Assembly: GCF_009914755.1 (NCBI RefSeq)
Contig: NC_060935.1
Strand: one strand, 5' to 3'
Length of the DNA: 64,000 nt
Source: the human T2T-CHM13v2.0 reference genome, Homo sapiens
Part shown: positions 12,300 through 26,800 of the stretch, one piece after another
Layout of the letters: every line of letters starts with the position of its first letter
How positions within the stretch are numbered: the stretch's first letter is position 1
Program-made: the position numbers and the translations under genes
Notes under the pieces: generated by a model
Databases searched by the model: none
Seen by the model: only the letters and a program-made list of their open reading frames with translations
What the model was told of the DNA's origin: nothing

Positions 12300-15200
12300 A
12301 ATCCTGCTGATGGAGCAGTTTTGAAACTCTCTTTCTTTGGATTCTGCAAGTGGATATGTGGACCTCTGTGAAGATTTCGTTGGAAACGGGTTCATCTTCA
12401 CAGAAAAACTAAACAGAAGCATTCTCAGAAACTGCTTTGTGATGTTTGTGTTCCACTTCAGGAATTGAACTTTCCTCTTGACAGAGCAGCTCTGAAACCC
12501 TCTTATTCTAGAATCTGCAAGTGGACATTTGGAGGGCTTTGAGGCCTGTGGTGGAAAAGGAAAATCTTCACATAAAAACTAGATGGAAGCATTCTCAGAA
12601 ACTACTTTTTCATGATTGCATTCGACTCACAGAGTTGAACATTCCTATAGATAGAGCAGGTTGTAAACAATGTTTTTGTAGAATCTGCGATTGGAGATTT
12701 GGACTGCTTTGAGGCCTACTGTAGTAAAGGAAATAACTTCATCTAAAAACCAAACGGAAGCATTCACAGACAATTCTTAGTGATCATTGGATTGAACTAA
12801 CAGAGCTGAACATTCCTTTAGATGGAGCAGTTTCCAAACCCACTTTCTGTAGAATCTGCAAGTGGATATTTGGACTTCTCTGAGGATTTCGTTGGAAACG
12901 GGATAAACTTCCCAGAACTACACGGAAGCATTGTGAGAAACTTCTTTGTGATGTTTGCATTCAACTCACAGAGTTGAACCTTGCTTTCATAGTTCAGCTT
13001 TCAAACACTCTTTTTGTAGAATCTGCAAGTGGATATTTGGACCACTTTGTGGCCTTCCTTCGAAACGGGTATATCTTCACATCAAACCTAGACAGAAGCA
13101 TTCTCAGAATGTTTCCTGTGATGACTGCATTCAACTCACAGAGGTGAACAATCCTGCTGATGGAGCAGTTTTGAAACTCTCTTTCTTTGGATTCTGCAAG
13201 TGGATATGTGGACCTCTGTGAAGATTTCGTTGGAAAAGGGTTCATCTTCACAGAAAAACTAAACAGGAGCATTCTCTGAAACTGCTTTGTGATGTTTGTG
13301 TTCCACTTCAAGAATTGAACTTTCCTCTTGACAGAGCAGCTCTGAAACCCTCTTTTTCTAGAATCTGCAAGTGGACATTTGGAGGGCTTTGAGGCCTGTG
13401 GTGGAAAAGGAAAATCTTCACATAAAAACTAGATGGAAGCATTCTCAGAAACTACTTTGTGATGATTGCATTCGACTCACAGAGTTGAACATTCCTATAG
13501 ATAGAGCAGGTTGTAAACAATGTTTTTGTAGAATCTGCGATTGGAGATTTGGACTGCTTTGAGGCCTGCTGTAGTAAAGGAAATAACTTCATCTAAAAAC
13601 CAAACGGAAGCATTCACAGACAATTCTTAGTGATCATTGGATTGAACTAACAGAGCTGAACATTCCTTTAGATGGAGCAGTTTCCAAACACACTTTCTGT
13701 AGAATCTGCAAGTGGATATTTGGACTTCTCTGAGGATTTCGTTGGAAACGGGATAAAATTCCCAGAACTACACGGAAGCATTGTGAGAAACTTCTTTGTG
13801 ATGTTTGCATTCAACTCACAGAGTTGAACCTTGCTTTCATAGTTCAGCTTTCAAACACTCTTTTTGTAGAATCTGCAAGTGGATATTTGGACCACTTTGT
13901 GGCCTTCCTTCGAAACGGGTATATCTTCACATCAAACCTAGACAGCAGCATTCTCAGAATGTTTCCTGTGATGACTGCATTCAACCCACAGAGGTGAACA
14001 ATCCTGCTGATGGAGCAGTTTTGAAACTCTCTTTCTTTGGATTCTGCAAGTGGATATGTGGACCTCTGTGAAGATTTCGTTGGAAACGGGTTCATCTTCA
14101 CAGAAAAACTAAACAGAAGCATTCTCAGAAACTGCTTTGTGATGTTTGTGTTCCACTTCAGGAATTGAACTTTCCTCTTGACAGAGCAGCTCTGAAACCC
14201 TCTTATTCTAGAATCTGCAAGTGGACATTTGGAGGGCTTTGAGGCCTGTGGTGGAAAAGGAAAATCTTCACATAAAAACTAGACGGAAGCATTCTCAGAA
14301 ACTACTTTGTGATGATTGCATTCGACTCACAGAGTTGAACATTCCTATAGATAGAGCAGGTTGTAAACAATGTTTTTGTAGAATCTGCGATTGGAGATTT
14401 GGACTGCTTTGAGGCCTACTGTAGTAAAGGAAATAACTTCATCTAAAAACCAAACGGAAGCATTCACAGACAATTCTTAGTGATCATTGGATTGAACTAA
14501 CAGAGCTGAACATTCCTTTAGATGGAGCAGTTTCCAAACCCACTTTCTGTAGAATCTGCAAGTGGATATTTGGACTTCTCTGAGGATTTCGTTGGAAACG
14601 GGATAAACTTCCCAGAACTACACGGAAGCATTGTGAGAAACATCTTTGTGATGTTTGCATTCAATTCACAGAGTTGAACCTTGCTTTCATAGTTCAGCTT
14701 TCAAACACTCTTTTTGTAGAATCTGCAAGTGGATATTTGGACCACTTTTTGGCCTTCCTTTGAAAAGGGTATATCTTCACATCAAACCTAGACAGAGGCA
14801 TTCTCAGAATGTTTCCTGTGATGACTGCATTCAACTCACAGAGGTGAACAATCCTGTTGATGGAGCAGTTTTGAAACTCTCTTTCTTTGGATTCTGCAAG
14901 TGGATATGTGGACCTCTGTGAAGATTTCGTTGGAAACGGGTTCATCTTCACAGAAAAACTAAACAGAAGCATTCTCAGAAACTGCTTTGTGATGTTTGTG
15001 TTCCACTTCAGGAATTGAACTTTCCTCTTAAAAGAGCAGCTCTGAAACCCTCTTTTTCTAGAATCTGCAAGTGGACATTTGGAGGGCTTTGAGGCCTGTG
15101 GTGGAAAAGGAAAATCTTCACATAAAAACTAGATGGAAGCATTCTCAGAAACTACTTTGTGATGATTGCATTCGACTCACAGAGTTGAACATTCCTATAG

Positions 15201-18200
15201 ATAGAGCAGGTTGTAAACAATCTTTTTGTAGAATCTGCGATTGGAGATTTGGACTGCTTTGAGGCCTACTGTAGTAAAGGGAATAACTTCATCTAAAAAC
15301 CAAACGGAAGCATTCACAGACAATTCTTAGTGATCATTGCATTAAACTAACAGAGCTGAACATTCCTTTAGATGGCGCAGTTTCCAAACCCACTTTCTGT
15401 AGAATCTGCAAGTGGATATTTGGACCTCTCTGAGGATTTCGTTGGAAACGGGATAAACTTCCCAGAACTACACGGAAGCATTGTGAGAAACTTCTTTGTG
15501 ATGTTTGCATTCAACTCACAGAGCTGAACCTTGCTTTCATAGTTCACCTTTCAAACACTCTTTTTGTAGAATCTGCAAGTGGATATTTGGACCACTTTGT
15601 GGCCTTCCTTCGAAACGGGTATATCTTCACATCAAACCTAGACAGAAGCATTCTCAGAATGTTTCCTGTGATGACTGCATTCAACTCACAGAGGTGAACA
15701 ATCCTGCTGATGGAGCAGTTTTGAAACTCTCTTTCTTTGGATTCTGCAAGTGGATATGTGGACCTCTGTGAAGATTTCGTTGGAAACGGGTTCATCTTCA
15801 CAGAAAAACTAAACAGGAGCATTCTCAGAAACTGCTTTGTGATGTTTGTGTTCCACTTCAAGAATTGAACTTTCCTCTTGACAGAGCAGCTCTGAAACCC
15901 TCTTTTTCTAGAATCTGCAAGTGGACATTTGGAGGGCTTTGAGGCCTGTGGTGGAAAAGGAAAATCTTCACATAAAAACTTTATGGAAGACTTCTCAGAA
16001 ACTACTTTGTGATGATTGCATTCGACTCACAGAGTTGAACATTCCTATAGATAGAGCAGGTTGTAAACAATCTTTTTGTAGAATCTGCGATTGGAGATTT
16101 GGACTGCTTTGAGGCCTACTGTAGTAAAGGAAATAACTTCATCTAAAAACCAAACGGAAGCATTCACAGACAATTCTTAGTGATCATTGCATTGAACTAA
16201 CAGAGCTGAACATTCCTTTAGATGGAGCAGTTTCCAAACCCACTTTCTGTAGAATCTGCAAGTGGATATTTGGACTTCTCTGAGGATTTCGTTGGAAACG
16301 GGATAAACTTCCCAGAACTACACGGAAGCATTGTGAGAAACTTCTTTGTGATGTTTGCATTCAACTCACAGAGTTGAAACTTGCTTTCATAGTTCAGCTT
16401 TCAAACACTCTTTTTGTAGAATCTGCAAGTGGATATTTGGACCACTTTGTGGCCTTCCTTCGAAAAGGGTATATCTTCACATCAAACCTAGACAGAAGCA
16501 TTCTCAGAATGTTTCCTGTGATGACTGCATTCAACTCACAGAGGTGAACAATCCTGCTGATGGAGCAGTTTTGAAACTCTCTTTCTTTGGATTCTGCAAG
16601 TGGATATGTGGACCTCTGTGAAGATTTCGTTGGAAACGGGTTCATCTTCACAGAAAAACTAAACAGAAGCATTCTCAGAAACTGCTTTGTGATGTTTGTG
16701 TTCCACTTCAGGAATTGAACTTTCCTCTTGACAGAGCAGCTCTGAAACCCTCTTATTCTAGAATCTGCAAGTGGACATTTGGAGGGCTTTGAGGCCTGTG
16801 GTGGAAAAGGAAAATCTTCACATAAAAACTAGATGGAAGCATTCTCAGAAACTACTTTTTCATGATTGCATTCGACTCACAGAGTTGAACATTCCTATAG
16901 ATAGAGCAGGTTGTAAACAATGTTTTTGTAGAATCTGCGATTGGAGATTTGGACTGCTTTGAGGCCTACTGTAGTAAAGGAAATAACTTCATCTAAAAAC
17001 CAAACGGAAGCATTCACAGACAATTCTTAGTGATCATTGGATTGAACTAACAGAGCTGAACATTCCTTTAGATGGAGCAGTTTCCAAACCCACTTTCTGT
17101 AGAATCTGCAAGTGGATATTTGGACTTCTCTGAGGATTTCGTTGGAAACGGGATAAACTTCCCAGAACTACACGGAAGCATTGTGAGAAACTTCTTTGTG
17201 ATGTTTGCATTCAACTCACAGAGTTGAACCTTGCTTTCATAGTTCAGCTTTCAAACACTCTTTTTGTAGAATCTGCAAGTGGATATTTGGACCACTTTGT
17301 GGCCTTCCTTCGAAACGGGTATATCTTCACATCAAACCTAGACAGAAGCATTCTCAGAATGTTTCCTGTGATGACTGCATTCAACTCACAGAGGTGAACA
17401 ATCCTGCTGATGGAGCAGTTTTGAAACTCTCTTTCTTTGGATTCTGCAAGTGGATATGTGGACCTCTGTGAAGATTTCGTTGGAAAAGGGTTCATCTTCA
17501 CAGAAAAACTAAACAGGAGCATTCTCTGAAACTGCTTTGTGATGTTTGTGTTCCACTTCAAGAATTGAACTTTCCTCTTGACAGAGCAGCTCTGAAACCC
17601 TCTTTTTCTAGAATCTGCAAGTGGACATTTGGAGGGCTTTGAGGCCTGTGGTGGAAAAGGAAAATCTTCACATAAAAACTAGATGGAAGCATTCTCAGAA
17701 ACTACTTTGTGATGATTGCATTCGACTCACAGAGTTGAACATTCCTATAGATAGAGCAGGTTGTAAACAATGTTTTTGTAGAATCTGCGATTGGAGATTT
17801 GGACTGCTTTGAGGCCTACTGTAGTAAAGGAAATAACTTCATCTAAAAACCAAACGGAAGCATTCACAGACAATTCTTAGTGATCATTGGATTGAACTAA
17901 CAGAGCTGAACATTCCTTTAGATGGAGCAGTTTCCAAACACACTTTCTGTAGAATCTGCAAGTGGATATTTGGACTTCTCTGAGGATTTCGTTGGAAACG
18001 GGATAAAATTCCCAGAACTACACGGAAGCATTGTGAGAAACTTCTTTGTGATGTTTGCATTCAACTCACAGAGTTGAACCTTGCTTTCATAGTTCAGCTT
18101 TCAAACACTCTTTTTGTAGAATCTGCAAGTGGATATTTGGACCACTTTGTGGCCTTCCTTCGAAACGGGTATATCTTCACATCAAACCTAGACAGCAGCA

Positions 18201-20800
18201 TTCTCAGAATGTTTCCTGTGATGACTGCATTCAACCCACAGAGGTGAACAATCCTGCTGATGGAGCAGTTTTGAAACTCTCTTTCTTTGGATTCTGCAAG
18301 TGGATATGTGGACCTCTGTGAAGATTTCGTTGGAAACGGGTTCATCTTCACAGAAAAACTAAACAGAAGCATTCTCAGAAACTGCTTTGTGATGTTTGTG
18401 TTCCACTTCAGGAATTGAACTTTCCTCTTGACAGAGCAGCTCTGAAACCCTCTTATTCTAGAATCTGCAAGTGGACATTTGGAGGGCTTTGAGGCCTGTG
18501 GTGGAAAAGGAAAATCTTCACATAAAAAATAGACGGAAGCATTCTCAGAAACTACTTTGTGATGATTGCATTCGACTCACAGAGTTGAACATTCCTATAG
18601 ATAGAGCAGGTTGTAAACAATGTTTTTGTAGAATCTGCGATTGGAGATTTGGACTGCTTTGAGGCCTACTGTAGTAAAGGAAATAACTTCATCTAAAAAC
18701 CAAACGGAAGCATTCACAGACAATTCTTAGTGATCATTGGATTGAACTAACAGAGCTGAACATTCCTTTAGATGGAGCAGTTTCCAAACCCACTTTCTGT
18801 AGAATCTGCAAGTGGATATTTGGACTTCTCTGAGGATTTCGTTGGAAACGGGATAAACTTCCCAGAACTACACGGAAGCATTGTGAGAAACATCTTTGTG
18901 ATGTTTGCATTCAATTCACAGAGTTGAACCTTGCTTTCATAGTTCAGCTTTCAAACACTCTTTTTGTAGAATCTGCAAGTGGATATTTGGACCACTTTTT
19001 GGCCTTCCTTTGAAAAGGGTATATCTTCACATCAAACCTAGACAGAGGCATTCTCAGAATGTTTCCTGTGATGACTGCATTCAACTCACAGAGGTGAACA
19101 ATCCTGTTGATGGAGCAGTTTTGAAACTCTCTTTCTTTGGATTCTGCAAGTGGATATGTGGACCTCTGTGAAGATTTCGTTGGAAACGGGTTAATCTTCA
19201 CAGAAAAACTAAACAGAAGCATTCTCAGAAACTGCTTTGTGATGTTTGTGTTCCACTTCAGGAATTGAACTTTCCTCTTAAAAGAGCAGCTCTGAAACCC
19301 TCTTTTTCTAGAATCTGCAAGTGGACATTTGGAGGGCTTTGAGGCCTGTGGTGGAAAAGGAAAATCTTCACATAAAAACTAGATGGAAGCATTCTCAGAA
19401 ACTACTTTGTGATGATTGCATTCGACTCACAGAGTTGAACATTCCTATAGATAGAGCAGGTTGTAAACAATCTTTTTGTAGAATCTGCAATTGGAGATTT
19501 GGACTGCTTTGAGGCCTACTGTAGTAAAGGGAATAACTTCATCTAAAAACCAAACGGAAGCATTCACAGACAATTCTTAGTGATCATTGCATTAAACTAA
19601 CAGAGCTGAACATTCCTTTAGATGGCGCAGTTTCCAAACCCACTTTCTGTAGAATCTGCAAGTGGATATTTGGACCTCTCTGAGGATTTCGTTGGAAACG
19701 GGATAAACTTCCCAGAACTACACGGAAGCATTGTGAGAAACTTCTTTGTGATGTTTGCATTCAACTCACAGAGCTGAACCTTGCTTTCATAGTTCACCTT
19801 TCAAACACTCTTTTTGTAGAATCTGCAAGTGGATATTTGGACCACTTTGTGGCCTTCCTTCGAAACGGGTATATCTTCACATCAAACCTAGACAGAAGCA
19901 TTCTCAGAATGTTTCCTGTGATGACTGCATTCAACTCACAGAGGTGAACAATCCTGCTGATGGAGCAGTTTTGAAACTCTCTTTCTTTGGATTCTGCAAG
20001 TGGATATGTGGACCTCTGTGAAGATTTCGTTGGAAACGGGTTCATCTTCACAGAAAAACTAAACAGGAGCATTCTCAGAAACTGCTTTGTGATGTTTGTG
20101 TTCCACTTCAAGAATTGAACTTTCCTCTTGACAGAGCAGCTCTGAAACCCTCTTTTTCTAGAATCTGCAAGTGGACATTTGGAGGGCTTTGAGGCCTGTG
20201 GTGGAAAAGGAAAATCTTCACATAAAAACTTTATGGAAGACTTCTCAGAAACTACTTTGTGATGATTGCATTCGACTCACAGAGTTGAACATTCCTATAG
20301 ATAGAGCAGGTTGTAAACAATCTTTTTGTAGAATCTGCGATTGGAGATTTGGACTGCTTTGAGGCCTACTGTAGTAAAGGAAATAACTTCATCTAAAAAC
20401 CAAACGGAAGCATTCACAGACAATTCTTAGTGATCATTGCATTGAACTAACAGAGCTGAACATTCCTTTAGATGGAGCAGTTTCCAAACCCACTTTCTGT
20501 AGAATCTGCAAGTGGATATTTGGACTTCTCTGAGGATTTCGTTGGAAACGGGATAAACTTCCCAGAACTACACGGAAGCATTGTGAGAAACTTCTTTGTG
20601 ATGTTTGCATTCAACTCACAGAGTTGAAACTTGCTTTCATAGTTCAGCTTTCAAACACTCTTTTTGTAGAATCTGCAAGTGGATATTTGGACCACTTTGT
20701 GGCCTTCCTTCGAAAAGGGTATATCTTCACATCAAACCTAGACAGAAGCATTCTCAGAATGTTTCCTGTGATGACTGCATTCAACTCACAGAGGTGAACA
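12300..20800 (+). repeat. 5-HOR (4250 bp) tandem duplication: mid-H15 to mid-H20 resembles mid-H20 to mid-H25
   Basis: Shared variants at a 4250 bp offset, for example box C>A at 13237/17487, CAACCCAC, TTGAAAAGG and TTATGGAAGACTT. Ends are approximate. Confidence 0.88.
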
Positions 20801-23800
20801 ATCCTGCTGATGGAGCAGTTTTGAAACTCTCTTTCTTTGGATTCTACAAGTGGATATGTGGACCTCTGTGAAGATTGCGTTGGAAACGGGTTCATCTTCA
20901 CAGAAAAACTAAACAGAAGCATTCTCAGAAACTGCTTTGTGATGTTTGTGTTCCACTTCAGGAATTGAACTTTCCTCTTGACAGAGCAGCTCTGAAACCC
21001 TCTTATTCTAGAATCTGCAAGTGGACATTTGGAGGGCTTTGAGGCCTGTGGTGGAAATGGAAAATCTTCACATAAAAACTAGATGGAAGCATTCTCAGAA
21101 ACTACTTTGTGATGATTGCATTCGACTCACAGAGTTGAACATTCCTATAGATAGAGCAGGTTGTAAACAATGTTTTTGTAGAATCTGCGATTGGAGATTT
21201 GGACTGCTTTGAGGCCTGCTGTAGTAAAGGAAATAACTTCATCTAAAAACCAAACGGAAGCATTCACAGACAATTCTTAGTGATCATTGGATTGAACTAA
21301 CAGAGCTGAACATTCCTTTAGATGGAGCAGTTTCCAAACACACTTTCTGTAGAATCTGCAAGTGGATATTTGGACTTCTCTGAGGATTTCGTTGGAAACG
21401 GGATAAAATTCCCAGAACTACACGGAAGCATTGTGAGAAACTTCTTTGTGATGTTTGCATTCAACTCACAGAGTTGAACCTTGCTTTCATAGTTCAGCTT
21501 TCAAACACTCTTTTTGTAGAATCTGCAAGTGGATATTTGGACCACTTTGTGGCCTTCCTTCGAAACGGGTATATCTTCACATCAAACCTAGACAGCAGCA
21601 TTCTCAGAATGTTTCCTGTGATGACTGCATTCAACCCACAGAGGTGAACAATCCTGCTGATGGAGCAGTTTTGAAACTCTCTTTCTTTGGATTCTGCAAG
21701 TGGATATGTGGACCTCTGTGAAGATTTCGTTGGAAACGGGTTCATCTTCACAGAAAAACTAAACAGAAGCATTCTCAGAAACTGCTTTGTGATGTTTGTG
21801 TTCCACTTCAGGAATTGAACTTTCCTCTTCACAGAGCAGCTCTGAAACCCTCTTATTCTAGAATCTGCAAGTGGACATTTGGAGGGCTTTGAGGCCTGTG
21901 GTGGAAAAGGAAAATCTTCACATAAAAACTAGACGGAAGCATTCTCAGAAACTACTTTGTGATGATTGCATTCGACTCACAGAGTTGAACATTCCTATAG
22001 ATAGAGCAGGTTGTAAACAATGTTTTTGTAGAATCTGCGATTGGAGATTTGGACTGCTTTGAGGCCTACTGTAGTAAAGGAAATAACTTCATCTAAAAAC
22101 CAAACGGAAGCATTCACAGACAATTCTTAGTGATCATTGGATTGAACTAACAGAGCTGAACATTCCTTTAGATGGAGCAGTTTCCAAACCCACTTTCTGT
22201 AGAATCTGCAAGTGGATATTTGGACTTCTCTGAGGATTTCGTTGGAAACGGGATAAACTTCCCAGAACTACACGGAAGCATTGTGAGAAACATCTTTGTG
22301 ATGTTTGCATTCAATTCACAGAGTTGAACCTTGCTTTCATAGTTCAGCTTTCAAACACTCTTTTTGTAGAATCTGCAAGTGGATATTTGGACCACTTTTT
22401 GGCCTTCCTTTGAAAAGGGTATATCTTCACATCAAACCTAGACAGAGGCATTCTCAGAATGTTTCCTGTGATGACTGCATTCAACTCACAGAGGTGAACA
22501 ATCCTGTTGATGGAGCAGTTTTGAAACTCTCTTTCTTTGGATTCTGCAAGTGGATATGTGGACCTCTGTGAAGATTTCGTTGGAAACGGGTTCATCTTCA
22601 CAGAAAAACTAAACAGAAGCATTCTCAGAAACTGCTTTGTGATGTTTGTGTTCCACTTCAGGAATTGAACTTTCCTCTTAAAAGAGCAGCTCTGAAACCC
22701 TCTTTTTCTAGAATCTGCAAGTGGACATTTGGAGGGCTTTGAGGCCTGTGGTGGAAAAGGAAAATCTTCACATAAAAACTAGATGGAAGCATTCTCAGAA
22801 ACTACTTTGTGATGATTGCATTCGACTCACAGAGTTGAACATTCCTATAGATAGAGCAGGTTGTAAACAATCTTTTTGTAGAATCTGCGATTGAAGATTT
22901 GGACTGCTTTGAGGCCTACTGTAGTAAAGGGAATAACTTCATCTAAAAACCAAACGGAAGCATTCACAGACAATTCTTAGTGATCATTGCATTAAACTAA
23001 CAGAGCTGAACATTCCTTTAGATGGCGCAGTTTCCAAACCCACTTTCTGTAGAATCTGCAAGTGGATATTTGGACCTCTCTGAGGATTTCGTTGGAAACG
23101 GGATAAACTTCCCAGAACTACACGGAAGCATTGTGAGAAACTTCTTTGTGATGTTTGCATTCAACTCACAGAGCTGAACCTTGCTTTCATAGTTCACCTT
23201 TCAAACACTCTTTTTGTAGAATCTGCAAGTAGATATTTGGACCACTTTGTGGCCTTCCTTCGAAACGGGTATATCTTCACATCAAACCTAGACAGAAGCA
23301 TTCTCAGAATGTTTCCTGTGATGACTGCATTCAACTCACAGAGGTGAACAATCCTGCTGATGGAGCAGTTTTGAAACTCTCTTTCTTTGGATTCTGCAAG
23401 TGGATATGTGGACCTCTGTGAAGATTTCGTTGGAAACGGGTTCATCTTCACAGAAAAACTAAACAGGAGCATTCTCAGAAACTGCTTTGTGATGTTTGTG
23501 TTCCACTTCAAGAATTGAACTTTCCTCTTGACAGAGCAGCTCTGAAACCCTCTTTTTCTAGAATCTGCAAGTGGACATTTGGAGGGCTTTGAGGCCTGTG
23601 GTGGAAAAGGAAAATCTTCACATAAAAACTTTATGGAAGACTTCTCAGAAACTACTTTGTGATGATTGCATTCGACTCACAGAGTTGAACATTCCTATAG
23701 ATAGAGCAGGTTGTAAACAATCTTTTTGTAGAATCTGCGATTGGAGATTTGGACTGCTTTGAGGCCTACTGTAGTAAAGGAAATAACTTCATCTAAAAAC

Positions 23801-26800
23801 CAAACGGAAGCATTCACAGACAATTCTTAGTGATCATTGCATTGAACTAACAGAGCTGAACATTCCTTTAGATGGAGCAGTTTCCAAACCCACTTTCTGT
23901 AGAATCTGCAAGTGGATATTTGGACTTCTCTGAGGATTTCGTTGGAAACGGGATAAACTTCCCAGAACTACACGGAAGCATTGTGAGAAACTTCTTTGTG
24001 ATGTTTGCATTCAACTCACAGAGTTGAAACTTGCTTTCATAGTTCAGCTTTCAAACACTCTTTTTGTAGAATCTGCAAGTGGATATTTGGACCACTTTGT
24101 GGCCTTCCTTCGAAAAGGGTATATCTTCACATCAAACCTAGACAGAAGCATTCTCAGAATGTTTCCTGTGATGACTGCATTCAACTCACAGAGGTGAACA
24201 ATCCTGCTGATGGAGCAGTTTTGAAACTCTCTTTCTTTGGATTCTGCAAGTGGATATGTGGACCTCTGTGAAGATTTCGTTGGAAACGGGTTCATCTTCA
24301 CAGAAAAACTAAACAGAAGCATTCTCAGAAACTGCTTTGTGATGTTTGTGTTCCACTTCAGGAATTGAACTTTCCTCTTGACAGAGCAGCTCTGAAACCC
24401 TCTTATTCTAGAATCTGCAAGTGGACATTTGGAGGGCTTTGAGGCCTGTGGTGGAAAAGGAAAATCTTCACATAAAAACTAGATGGAAGCATTCTCAGAA
24501 ACTACTTTTTCATGATTGCATTCGACTCACAGAGTTGAACATTCCTATAGATAGAGCAGGTTGTAAACAATGTTTTTGTAGAATCTGCGATTGGAGATTT
24601 GGACTGCTTTGAGGCCTACTGTAGTAAAGGAAATAACTTCATCTAAAAACCAAACGGAAGCATTCACAGACAATTCTTAGTGATCATTGGATTGAACTAA
24701 CAGAGCTGAACATTCCTTTAGATGGAGCAGTTTCCAAACCCACTTTCTGTAGAATCTGCAAGTGGATATTTGGACTTCTCTGAGGATTTCGTTGGAAAAG
24801 GGATAAACTTCCCAGAACTACACGGAAGCATTGTGAGAAACTTCTTTGTGATGTTTGCATTCAACTCACAGAGTTGAACCTTGCTTTCATAGTTCAGCTT
24901 TCAAACACTCTTTTTGTAGAATCTGCAAGTGGATATTTGGACCACTTTGTGGCCTTCCTTCGAAACGGGTATATCTTCACATCAAACCTAGACAGAAGCA
25001 TTCTCAGAATGTTTCCTGTGATGACTGCATTCAACTCACAGAGGTGAACAATCCTGCTGATGGAGCAGTTTTGAAACTCTCTTTCTTTGGATTCTGCAAG
25101 TGGATATGTGGACCTCTGTGAAGATTTCGTTGGAAAAGGGTTCATCTTCACAGAAAAACTAAACAGGAGCATTCTCTGAAACTGCTTTGTGATGTTTGTG
25201 TTCCACTTCAAGAATTGAACTTTCCTCTTGACAGAGCAGCTCTGAAACCCTCTTTTTCTAGAATCTGCAAGTGGACATTTGGAGGGCTTTGAGGCCTGTG
25301 GTGGAAAAGGAAAATCTTCACATAAAAACTAGATGGAAGCATTCTCAGAAACTACTTTGTGATGATTGCATTCGACTCACAGAGTTGAACATTCCTATAG
25401 ATAGAGCAGGTTGTAAACAATGTTTTTGTAGAATCTGCGATTGGAGATTTGGACTGCTTTGAGGCCTACTGTAGTAAAGGAAATAACTTCATCTAAAAAC
25501 CAAACGGAAGCATTCACAGACAATTCTTAGTGATCATTGGATTGAACTAACAGAGCTGAACATTCCTTTAGATGGAGCAGTTTCCAAACACACTTTCTGT
25601 AGAATCTGCAAGTGGATATTTGGACTTCTCTGAGGATTTCGTTGGAAACGGGATAAAATTCCCAGAACTACACGGAAGCATTGTGAGAAACTTCTTTGTG
25701 ATGTTTGCATTCAACTCACAGAGTTGAACCTTGCTTTCATAGTTCAGCTTTCAAACACTCTTTTTGTAGAATCTGCAAGTGGATATTTGGACCACTTTGT
25801 GGCCTTCCTTCGAAACGGGTATATCTTCACATCAAACCTAGACAGCAGCATTCTCAGAATGTTTCCTGTGATGACTGCATTCAACCCACAGAGGTGAACA
25901 ATCCTGCTGATGGAGCAGTTTTGAAACTCTCTTTCTTTGGATTCTGCAAGTGGATATGTGGACCTCTGTGAAGATTTCGTTGGAAACGGGTTCATCTTCA
26001 CAGAAAAACTAAACAGAAGCATTCTCAGAAACTGCTTTGTGATGTTTGTGTTCCACTTCAGGAATTGAACTTTCCTCTTGACAGAGCAGCTCTGAAACCC
26101 TCTTATTCTAGAATCTGCAAGTGGACATTTGGAGGGCTTTGAGGCCTGTGGTGGAAAAGGAAAATCTTCACATAAAAAATAGACGGAAGCATTCTCAGAA
26201 ACTACTTTGTGATGATTGCATTCGACTCACAGAGTTGAACATTCCTATAGATAGAGCAGGTTGTAAACAATGTTTTTGTAGAATCTGCGATTGGAGATTT
26301 GGACTGCTTTGAGGCCTACTGTAGTAAAGGAAATAACTTCATCTAAAAACCAAACGGAAGCATTCACAGACAATTCTTAGTGATCATTGGATTGAACTAA
26401 CAGAGCTGAACATTCCTTTAGATGGAGCAGTTTCCAAACCCACTTTCTGTAGAATCTGCAAGTGGATATTTGGACTTCTCTGAGGATTTCGTTGGAAACG
26501 GGATAAACTTCCCAGAACTACACGGAAGCATTGTGAGAAACATCTTTGTGATGTTTGCATTCAATTCACAGAGTTGAACCTTGCTTTCATAGTTCAGCTT
26601 TCAAACACTCTTTTTGTAGAATCTGCAAGTGGATATTTGGACCACTTTTTGGCCTTCCTTTGAAAAGGGTATATCTTCACATCAAACCTAGACAGAGGCA
26701 TTCTCAGAATGTTTCCTGTGATGACTGCATTCAACTCACAGAGGTGAACAATCCTGTTGATGGAGCAGTTTTGAAACTCTCTTTCTTTGGATTCTGCAAG

